DNA of 64,000 bases, taken from assembly GCF_000150275.1 (NCBI RefSeq), contig NW_002060951.1, positions 1,560,297-1,624,296 on the forward strand. Reading direction: 5' to 3'. Below, in pieces: positions 52,650 through 64,000 of the stretch. The notes beneath the pieces are model-generated. The model was not told where the DNA came from and made no database searches. It worked only from the letters and a program-made list of their open reading frames with translations. The DNA is from Trichoplax adhaerens (taxonomy: Eukaryota; Animalia; Placozoa). Position 1 is the first letter of the stretch, and each line of letters begins with the position of its first letter. A program made the position numbers and the translations under genes.

Positions 52650-55600
52650 CTACAGCTTAGTGCTGTCGGAAATTTTCTTTTGTCTATCGTCACATTCTAA
52701 TACTTGTGCACCAGTCTCTGTATTATCGTAGACGATATCTTTTGATTGTATCGTGTGGTTTTCACCGTCTTTTGATACATGTTCTTCCTGTACTTCCTCT
52801 ATGCTGGATAACTTTTCGTAGGTTCCACAATTATCTATCACTTTAGTTCTATATGGTAAAGATCTCATTTTTAAGTGCTCTTTCAACTGGATCAGTGTCT
52901 ATCAACATTAATAGAACGCTTCAAAGTTATTCATTTAGAATTATATCGGACACTTACGGTTTTTTGGGTTTGTAATTTATTTCATATATATTATAACAGG
53001 CAAAGATCAAAAACTGAGAAATGAAAAAAAGATGATCATAATTATACGTGTGTCATAATTTTGCAATAAATCATACCAGTATTATATTTAGTCAGGCAAT
53101 AATAGACACTTACCTGCAAAAGCGCCAGAAAACCGAATATCTAATATCAGAATTAACGAAAAGTAGTCGTAAGTAGTATTCTGTATTTGATTGACATTTA
53201 GCCCACTAAAGTGTACTTTGGATAGTAAAATTATTTTTATAGCTGGGACGGTATACAGTAATAATAATAAAAAACTGGTAAAATTGTTTGCGTAACAGCG
53301 TAAGACATTTGCTATAATTTTTATATTTCGCTCGTAATATTTTAGTAGGCAATGAAATATGTACTAGTTATTTTGATGCAGATTACTTTAAAACTACAAG
53401 CATCGTAGTGTCCGTGGTTTATCAAGTAACAACATACGCTATAAATTAAAGTTAAGCTAAAAAATCTCCACAGTTGTTTTATTAAATAAGGGCATCAATG
53501 AGTCATTATGAGTACACGCAGGCATTTATTTAACAAACCAGATACAACCTAAACAAAGAAATTAGCTTACAGAGCTTGTCCATGAAAATCCTATGGAAGT
53601 TACAGAAGTTAGAGAAGACCCAACACTTGGACCACAGATCGTTCTAAAACAGGAAGAAAACGGTTAATTAACTTTATTGTAGCTACTTTAGCAAAAATAT
53701 CTCAGCTGTGAAAACATTTAAATCGGGTGATTTACCCCAGTGACTGGAAGACTTTGAACAATCCGGCTACCGAAGAATAAACACCTAGGTTATCGCCAAT
53801 ATCATTTTCACTATCATTTAAGAGAGACCGAAGTGAACTTTTAAATATGGGTTTGGTTCAATATTATTTACAGTTGCTACTGAATTACTGACTTTAAGTT
53901 ATTATTTAAGTAAGTGCTTATTGCAATAGTTTCTTAAATTTACTCGAATTTGATAATACCATTGTAACTTAGAGTAAAATGTTTATAATAGAACCTTAAA
54001 AATATATTTACAGAAGTATTTTTGATAAGTTATAAGTAGGTAGTTGTTTCTTGATTACAATAAAATATAGGCAATCAAAAGCGAGTTATGAAGATTTTAC
54101 GCAATTGAGCAGAAAACCTTGCATATCGAACCATCTCAGCACTCATTGGCATCATTACTGCACCAGCACCGACGCCATATAAAGCGCTACCGACCATAAA
54201 ATGCCATAAAGTGCTAGATGTGGGTAAGGGACATTATATCAATTAGATACATTCAATAAATTTTTGTTAGGTAATCGATGATATCACAATGAGAGTAGTT
54301 AATTACAGGTCCGTACTTCATAAAATCGATAATATTTAAAATTTATCATCCAAATATAATCAAAAGTAAGAAATTTAGATTATTCTTACGGCTTAATCTT
54401 GAAATATGGAAAAGATCCCATCATTTGTAATGCTATTGCAATTAGGAAAAATCCCGACAAAATAAATTTTTTATAGCCCTAACATTGATAAAGATCAAGG
54501 ATCAAGATATTAATATTTATTTCATCTAACAATTTTATGATTATTCATCATGGTTATATAAGCTGATGTTTCATTTTTATGTGAATAATAAGTTAAAAGT
54601 ATTGCATTTTCCCATTTATATCAATAGGCACTGTATGGCTATTGTAAGTATAAGAACTATGCAACCTATTTTAAAAATTAGAGATGTTACTAACTGAACT
54701 TACGAAATAATCAGACGCAAATCCAACTGTAATACCAATTACTGCATAAGAAGTTGCTGATATTAGTATTATTGCCGCTGATTTTACAACATCCATATGA
54801 AACTATCAGCAGAATGAAAGATGTTCAGATAAGTATTTATTAGCCAATTAAGTAAGTTAATGACTGATAGTTTATCCATATGTCAATCTGCTTCTGAAGT
54901 AAAAAATTTAAGTTATAAAAGGTTGTAGATACTACAGCTGTGAACTTACGATTGTTAAACGAATCGAATAATTAGTTTCGATAAAAGTTTGAGACGCTAC
55001 TTGAATAAATATGCCAAAACCTATAGTTACTCAATCAAGATGAATAATTTAGGTATAGCTAAAATAAACCATTATTTGTACCGTCCTTAAACTCTAAACT
55101 ACATATCAAGCAATACTAATAAAAACTTTTGAGCTTACATAGTAAGATAATGTAAAAACTTTTAGATAACTTAATCATTGATTTCCATGGTGCAACATTG
55201 GCGTCTGTTAGATAATGTTAAGATAAAAGTTAATTTCAGTTTACAATTGTCAGTAGAATAACCGGAACTAGAAAGTGTAAGTTATTTATTGCAGGTTATC
55301 ATGTTTACCGGCAACTTGTGGCAAGGTGTAAGTTGCTATAGGAGCAGTTAAAATCACAATGCTACCTATAACAAGAAATGGCATAGCGTATCCACCAGCC
55401 TAAAATTTCAGTAAAAGTGCGTAAATTTATAAATTACTTAAGCCAAAGCAATTAGTTTTAAATTAAAATAATAGTATTTCGGAGCAGTACTGTAAATTGG
55501 CAAAGAAACTAACTTTATAAAGCCCGGCACCTATTAAGGGTCCAGTAGCATATCCGATTCCAAGACAAGTTTCTATAAAGCCCTATACTCCGTAAATTAG

Positions 55601-57063
55601 CAGAATGCGATAACTTAAGCACTAAAATGTTCTCCATTTTGATTGAGGGTTTAAATCGCATTTTATTAAATTAAGTATGCATTGCATATGATTGTGATAA
55701 GTACACTAAGTGCCGGTAGCTTCTTTTCTGAGAATTCACACTACATACTAGGCTACGGCTTTGAGGTTAAAGATTTAGCTACCGAAAAAGATCTAACCTT
55801 GGCCGAAGCGATACGATCGCGATACAAAACGATAACTGTTGATTCAATGGCGACGCCTTGTATGGCCCCTCCGATGCCTTGAGTGAATCGAATAAGTAAT
55901 GCAAAGACCAAAAAAGATATTCTGTCATCCATGAGGGTTAAAGTTCTAGAGAATGAAATTTCAATCCAGTTTAATTAATTACGGCTCATTTAAAAGTATT
56001 TTTTAGTATAAAATTAACGAACTCATGCGATAAAAATGTTAACAAAATTAGAAGCGCAATAATTACCCAAAGAGAATAGTGCAACCTCCTTCTATGGTCA
56101 TTCCTGCCCAAAACATGTACTTCGAACCAATAGATGGCAACTAGGTAAGAAATGACTGTTTAAGTAAGTAGATCTAAAACCTGGAATACTAATAGTTTGA
56201 TATAACATACTGTAGGATTTCCAATTTTAATCGCTACTCGTATACGCATATAATAAATTACTTAATCAACATCAGTATCACAATAGTATAGATATACAGT
56301 AAGTATTCTTATGTTGTAGATGACATGCGAATATTCCAATAATAAACGTGATGATTACCCTAAATGAAAGCGTTCGCATGCAAACTTCAAAAGCGTGTAG
56401 CAATCTTGTGAAGTAATTTTAAGATCGATAGCTATAGGCTATTACTTGATGTTATAATTAAACTATATTTTCGATTAATTCAATCATATTCTTACCAGGA
56501 TTGCACATAAAGGTGAGCAGACAAATACAGCTGCAGGACTCATAGCAAAAATGACGCCAATTTCTAATACACTTAAGCCGCATTTAACCGCCTAGATATT
56601 TTGGCAAGAAATGGAGCTAGATGTTACAATGTGACTGAAAAACTGATAATTTGATTCATTAGATGTAAGCTAAGAAAATTGCTTTAGAACAATCATGTCA
56701 AATGCACAGATGTCATGTACTCTTTAGAGAAAAACAGCACGAAATAGACGGGAGTATCATTTTTATGGTTTCCACTCCATGACATGAAGCTATGCGTATG
56801 TAGTAGGACTGAATTGGAGATAATTTTATATTGTTGAGATTTATATCGTTACAATACAACGTAGTATGCAGAGAGTCTAAAATAAATATGGTACAATATA
56901 ATTAATATTGCACATATTTTAGGTTTGATTAAATTAGCTTTACCTCACGAGGGAAAAATGGTACTGGCAAGCTATAAATAACGCCCCAAAGGCCATAAAT
57001 AATGCAAATTAGAGCCATTGTACCACCCTTTTTACTTGCTGTATATTTTTTACTATTAGCCAT
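52650..57063 (-). CDS. SLC18B1: SLC18B1-like MFS transporter, copy 3
   Basis: Same exon pattern as copy 2. Reads MANSKKY...PVPFFPRE, IRFTQGIG, GFIETCLGIGYATGPLIGAGLY, and a last exon RTKVIDNCGTYEKL...DSTKL*. Confidence 0.87.
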
Positions 57064-60000
57064 TGTATTTTTTGGAAAATTTTAGACCAGCTTATAAATT
57101 TCCTATCTGAAAACATATAATAGTAAAAACATCTTTAAATTTTGCTGCGCAGTTATATATGCAATTTTAGCTTGTAAAGCCAAAGGACATTGCCATATAA
57201 TTTCAGTTAATTAAATTTATAAAGCTAAACAGTAAGCAATTTTAATATTGGTATTAGGTATGTTTTATCTTTAAACCTTTTTACCTTAGACGATAGATTC
57301 TACAGTAATTAATTGGTTCTGAATCTGTACACATGAACTTATGGATCGTAGATAAATCGTATAAATAACGATTACGGAGTAAACCAGTGTGCCAAAAGAT
57401 TTATAGAAGATATTATTGCAAGATACCGGCGATAATCTATACTGTATTTAGCAATATGACATGCTATCAGAAAGTTAATTATCGAAATACTTGCAAGTAG
57501 TATTTTCTAATTGCATATATATTACTAGAAGTAATTCTACTGCAACAGTTGGGGTTTTGTTTAAGAGAGATCTTACTGAATTATAATACCGGTATGTGAT
57601 AAAATAGACAAATTACAGGTTTTTCAAATATAGTATCACTTTAGTTGCGACGGAAATAGTTGTCAAAGATATTTACTCCACCTTATCTATATGAGTTAAA
57701 ATAGAAGTAATTGTATAAGAAATTTTGGGGGCTTAATTGGAAAAAAATCAAAATCATCCAATCCATCTCTCTTCATATTTTTATCGCCGCCAATGTATAC
57801 GGGTTGGCTTATCGCGGTAATGTATCAACTGCCATTGTAATGGTAACATTGGATGAATTTGGATCTTAATTGGATACTATCTATTACAGCCTGACATAAA
57901 ATATTAGATCTGATGACTCTATCACAGAGGTGTCGAAGGTTTTGCTATTGAATTGGTCTTCGTTTACACGTTTTAGATATAAACAGCTTGCTATGCACGT
58001 TTTGTGGACTCGTTAAACTCTTGGTAGATCATGAATGAGTGAGTTGCTTTGTGTACGTAAATGACAAATGTGCGGAAGTCAAACTATTGAATGGTTAGAC
58101 CCTAGGGACCAAATTACTTAAATATTGGCCCCAATGAATAACTTTTCTATTCACTTTACTGCTTTTAATACTGTTATCGAATATTCAAAGAACACCGTGA
58201 TATAAAAATAATTTAGTTATAGTATATTTAAAGGACGAAGCTTCAATTAAATGTAATATTAGGAGTAATGACTGCATAAAACTGAAAACACGGTTCTCAT
58301 CAAAAAGTTAATCTATGGCTACAAGAACGATTTAAATTTAAACTATAGTAGTTTCAGAGGTTTCTCGAAAATTGACTTTTCCGTGATCAATACATAATGT
58401 AGTCTACGCCATATTACTATAAATTAAATACAGCAGATATAGTACTTGGTCTTTCACATCGATTTTAGAAATAAATACTTAGCAAAGTTAATCATATTGT
58501 GCTACACTCAATAAGTGTGATTAAGAAAACTAGGCAAACCAGTTGATCTGTCTGTATTCTTATTGACAGAGAATAGATTATGATATCCTTGTAACTACTT
58601 ACGAATATGGAAGTTTTCTGACCTTTGAATTAAAATTGGCTGGTTATATCATAAACTTTTTCGATCCTTAAATACTAAATTATAGCTATAAAATTAATTT
58701 CTAGTTTACAAGATTTATACGAAATTTTTCGATTTGCTACTACCGTCACGCGAAAATCGTTAACTAAAATCACATAATAGCACCATTTATCTTGCATAAA
58801 AGACTTATTCTACCTATATAGTTGTAACATTGTACTGTAAGTCATAATTAGTAATGTAAATTAGCGGCAAGACATTGTTTGCTCTATATGGGTCTCTATT
58901 CTCTCTGACTATGGTTACTATAGCGACTTTTCGAAGCATGTATTGTGGTATTAATCCTGTTGCGTCATTGTAAGTAATGGGTGTATGGCGATAAATAAAG
59001 CAGAGCCGATCAAATTATATAAGAAATAATAGTTGGCGGATTTCAATTGACTCTTCCGATTTCTTTGTCTGTGAACGTAGTAATTAAACAGTAAATAATC
59101 GAGTAGTGCCCTTAAAATGTGTAGGTTGGGCAGTAGGCAATAGAAAATCAACATTCTAGCTGCTATATTCCTCCACTGATAGTTCATTGAGTAGAATCTG
59201 TCAATGAATGGCGTATCAACAAGTGCTGATGTGAGCAAAATTTTTAATTGCTACGACCACCAATACGTTCAGGCTATAGCATTTATTGCTGATGCAATGA
59301 CTTACGTTAACGTTCATTATCAAAATTTAGATATGGTTCCTAATATAGTGTACAGTAGTAGACTTAAATTAGTTATTTGCAGTTGTACTTTAGTTCATAA
59401 AATGGGCAGTATTAAAGGCCTGTGGAGCGGCTAGCGTGGAGAATTGATGAGTTTTGAGGTTTTGATTTTGTTACAAGTTGTAAACGTTTCGTGTATGGAT
59501 TAGTTGTGCGTTCAGTTATTCGTCGGTAACTTCTAATTTTTGAGCTCAATAAATTGGAAAAATTAACAAATCTACAAGTCCTATCTTCAATTTCGATAAC
59601 TAACAAACGCTTCTGTAACTTTTTGCACACAGGATTATCAGTGAAAGAAAACTTAATTACGTTTCTCAAAGCTAATATTTAAACTTGACAAATTGTTAAA
59701 TATGTTGCAAAATTAATTAAATAATAATATATCACTTGTCTACTATTGCTTAGTAAATACTTGTAATTTGTCAAGAAAGAATTCTTTACATAAACCATAT
59801 ACATTGTTATATTGATGTAAAATAGAGATTTATTTCTTACTATTAGATTATCGAAACTGGCAACAGGTAACAATGAGTACGTTACTGACATTTTAGAAAG
59901 AATTGATTATATTACCACAATCGTAGTTATTGGGAGAAACACATTAAGAAACGCGTTAACTGCGAAATAAATTATTTAATAGATGATTAAAGGCTTAAAT

Positions 60001-61858
60001 AACTAGTTTGTAGCTTGGTTGAATGTAATATACTTCCTTAGTCAGTTAAGATTCTTTATAAAATAAGTTCCACGGAGGATAATGAAGCAAGCACTATTAA
60101 TTAAAATTATAGTAAAGGAATTAGCTACTGGTCGACATTAACATAACGAGTATACTGTTTACTAATTCCTAGTGAACGATTTCCAATATTTTGTAGTGGA
60201 CAGTTACTATTTTCGTTCAATTACCTCGCAAAAAGCGAAAATACTAAATGTTTTTGCAGAGAAGCTTTCAATGGCAAAGAAAGATATTTAGCGATTCACT
60301 ATATGTCTGATATTGGCGCTTGTACTATTTTTGATATTGTGCACTTAATGACCGTACGCAAACCTACCAGTTTTATCTGCTAGAGGATTTTTAAAATGTA
60401 AGATTAGCTGATATCTAAGTTCTAATTAATTTTATTGCTAGAGATAGTAAAGTTACCATTCTTAACGGCCATAAATCTTATCGCAGCCTAACTGCTCATA
60501 ATACGGTCCTTATATCCTGTTTTAAATTATATAACTAACAAGACAATTATTAGTTAACAATATGTGTTAAGGAGAATTAGATTAGGAGTACCTGCTGCTG
60601 AGTAATTAGAGTTATTAAGTTAAATGCACGGCCATCAAATTGGTTTTAGTAATTAGCTAGCTTGCCTTGCTAGCTCATAAAAATCTTAGCTGTAGCAGAG
60701 ACATTAACGTTAAGTCGACCCTTTAAAGCTTCATTCTGTTATGACCAAAGAAATTTTAGAAGTCGGGCATCTGAAGATTTTAAATATAAATTAATTCGTT
60801 TGGATTTGTTTGAATGTATTTGTATCTTTTAATGGTAAATAACTATTCCATTTTAAAGTTATTACGCGCAATTTAGTATTTCGGTAGTGGCAGATATTAA
60901 GATATTAATATGTTGAGTGACTAGCCTAATTTGTAGCAAGGCAGATACGGCTGAATATTTTTAATTTCTGATTTGAGCTAACCCATACCTTATAAACTTG
61001 GGTAGGGATAAGCGTTAACCAACAGAGAATTTCAGCTAGTATATTTTTTAATGAAAAGAAAATTTGGCTAAAACTACACGTATAATGAAATACTTAACAT
61101 CTAAAATGCGCCCTGTAGTATTTCTTTTATAGCCGGCCATATATGAAAATATAAAGTCACTACACTCTTGGAAAGTAATCTGATTACGTTTATCATTCTC
61201 AGGTGCAACCCCAAGAATTGCTAAGGCTCAAACACGGCTAGATCGGGAAATACTACATTACCATTTGAATATTAGAAAGAGCTTGTACAGTATTTAAGCT
61301 CAATAAAATTAAACTTAATACGATAGCTCTAAATGATTACATCAGTAATTGAAGTTCATCATTAAAGCCGAGTTTAGTATATAAGTAACTATGTCCTTGA
61401 TATAATGGCTTGTAACGAAATAAATTGCAATTTTTTGTTACAATCATAAAAATAAGACTCAAAGGTTGGAAAGTGAAAACTGTAGTTAAATGACAAATTT
61501 ATTTCAAAGTTGCAATAAATTTGTGTTCATGTTAAATCATATGAACATCTTTATTGTACTGTGCGATATCTAGACATTCAAAAGTTAAAAAATAAATAAA
61601 TTGTCCACCATATAGTCGTATTATTTTTACGTGAAGAAATTCTTAATCAAATTATGTTGTCAACGTAAAATCAAATCCAGCATTTCGGAATTTCTTTATT
61701 AGAAAATGTTTCGAAAACTAGCTGCTTACTATACTGTATGAATAAAACCAGTGAAAATGTCGTGATACTAGCATAGGATCTTAGGATTGCAACAAATGCT
61801 GAACTTAAGAGTTATATCCTGATGTATATATTACAGTAGCTAAGTTTTGCTTCAACTA

Positions 61859-64000
61859 CTATCTTTTAGCTTCGTCTTCTAACAAATTCGTCTTCTCATT
61901 ATTTTCTGTTTCATGGTCTTCCACAGTTTCTTCGAGGCTTTTAAAATAAAAATCTGATAAGAAGACTAGAAAATTTAAGGTACGGCCCGTGCCATGGTAA
62001 TATATCTTACCTGTCTTTACAATATTTGCGCTCCCAAATCGTAAAAACCATTAGTAATAGCCCTTAAAGACAATAAAGTACAAATAATATTGATGTGCTG
62101 AAAGCTATTATTATTGTTTAAAATCCTTACGGTAGGTGAACTAAGCAACCACTACTACCTTAGCTCGCAGTTTCAATACCGATAATTGTTGAATATTATT
62201 TTAAGGAGACTTACTTCAGCAACGAGAACGAAACCAAGTACCTGTAAACAATAGTAACAAAGGTTAGATAAAAATAAAAAGATTTATAGCATACGCACCT
62301 GTTATATTGGAGTATTTATAGACTTTAATTTATCCTATGTAGTCATACCGATGAAGACCAATCAAAACTGATACTATCTAGGGTATTAAAAGATCCTCCA
62401 ATAAAAGGCCCTACTATTTCACTGCGAAAAAGCGAATAAAGTAAAATGGGATAAGGGAATTTATACAGAAACGTCGTAAAATAAAAATAGATATGCAGTC
62501 CATAAACCGTATATACACTACAGTGTTACATTCGGTCTATCATACCCTAATGAGAAAAATGCTGAAACCAATCCTGAAATTACTGAAAATACTACAAAAT
62601 CGTTTCCGATGTTTCTCTTTCTATGAATTTGAAACACATATGTGAAAAAATATAGCGTAGTAAGCTATGTTAACTGCTAGCAAAAACTCTATTAATACGG
62701 TATACATTATGTATACTAACTTGGCAGCTTCAATCATATCTGGAAAAACTGGAGTAAAGACCATTCCGAGACCGATACCAAGAAAGATCAAAGAAATAAT
62801 CGATAGCCACAGTTTCCTAAGATTTATTTAAAACAAGATATTCATGTTCCATCTTTCAATATTTTGGAAATAAAATACTAACAGTGACAGATGTAAATAA
62901 GGTGCTGGTCCGACAAATTAAAACGAAACTCCAGCGAGAAGACAACCTAGGACAATAAACGGCCGGTATCCCTATAGATTGAAACCAAGAAAATACACGA
63001 TATTAGTAAAATTTGTTTACAGCTAAGCGAAAATAAATCTAATATCTTGTTATTGCCTTATATAACTCATATGGTACACGTTAAAACTAACCCACTTATC
63101 AGACAGCCTTCCAGCCACCGCTGACATAACACCATAAGCACCTGAAGGTGCCAAAAATACCAAACCTATGCCCGTTGGGGTGAGCTTAAGCTGGTGGGGT
63201 TCAAAATTTCGATATTATATTCAATATTAATTATAGATACAGTTTAATAAATTCATTTCAGATAGAAAATGATATGAATTTTACTGATTACCAGCATTAG
63301 TAATTTTATGTAATCGGTCCAAGATTTTGATATCATTTAAATTTACTTACAGGTTTAAGATGGAGGGCCAAGCTAGGATCGAAGAACGTTATAGCAGCTA
63401 TGCAAGATGCTATTGCAAAGCCTGTAAGAAGAAAAACATAGAGATATCATTTGCTTATAGTACAAATGTCTTACAAGCTTAATGTATTATAGTATTTAGT
63501 ATCTTTATACTTTACTTTAGTTTAATTACTTAGTACGGTGATATGTGGAATTCGAAGAATAATTTTCATAGAGTTCCATGCTGAAACTTTAGGACCTGAT
63601 TCTGTAATTGGAAAGCAGATTTATATGTAAATAGCGCCCTAAAGATGTTGAAATTATTTTTATTCTGAAATTAAATGGATAGAATCATTCATAAAATGAA
63701 TCACAGCCTAAAGTTACATACCCCGAATGGATGGCATAAAGATGAGAAGGACGATTGCACTGGCAGCCATAAATCCTCCAGTTACGATGAACGGTAATTT
63801 AAAATCTCCAACCTGGGAAACATGTACATTAATATTAGTTTTTTGAACTCAATGTTACTCTGCATTAGCGTTATTTGCCTCTTCTTCTATTTAGCTAATG
63901 TACGAGTAAGAATAATTAGTTTAAGAATATGCAAAGATGTATAAAATTATTGTCTAACCTGATATAGTAAGCCTCGATTAATGGTCCAAGCGCTGCACCT
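61859..64000 (-). pseudogene. SLC18B1: SLC18B1-like MFS transporter, copy 4, probable pseudogene (3' part; 5' part lies beyond window end)
   Basis: Twelve recognisable exons (FKLPFIVTGG, FFDPSLALHL, GYRPFIVLG, KLWLSIISL, EIVGPFIGG and others). There is an in-frame TAA at 62918-62920 and apparent 1-nt deletions at ~63975 and ~62061. Confidence 0.72.

Noticed and set aside
57763-57836. Plus-strand segment AYRGNVSTAI|gt resembling the end of SLC18B1 exon 4
   Set aside because: The similarity is too short and no neighbouring exons are recognisable.
1-64000. CRISPR arrays, tRNA/rRNA genes, transposase or reverse-transcriptase ORFs, prokaryotic operons
   Set aside because: No regularly spaced repeats, cloverleaf or rRNA-like segments, or long transposon ORFs were seen, and all genes are spliceosomal. 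A covariance-model scan would be needed to exclude small ncRNAs.

Overview
This is AT-rich, intron-dense eukaryotic (animal) genomic DNA, not prokaryotic. Composition, short introns and gene content suggest a placozoan such as Trichoplax, but that is an unverified inference. Manual exon stitching gives 13 gene models, in order: SLC18B1-like MFS transporter copy 1 (5' part, -), FBXO10 (+), FBXO16 (-), TTC32 (+), two ABHD1/3-like hydrolases (-), three FAXC/metaxin-like GST-fold genes (+,-,-), a third ABHD1/3-like gene (-), and three more SLC18B1-like genes (-). The last SLC18B1-like copy carries a premature stop and two frameshifts. Non-coding features include Helitron-like 3' termini, a 74-bp MITE-like element, a 43-bp tandem duplication, and clusters of TACAGTA/TACTGTA words concentrated in the three head-to-head intergenic regions. 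No rRNA, tRNA or CRISPR array was seen. I found no clear new multi-gene system. The best leads are the promoter-associated TACAGTA motif, the interleaved expanded gene families, and functional divergence among the SLC18B1 paralogues. Orthology calls rest on remembered family sequences, not database searches.
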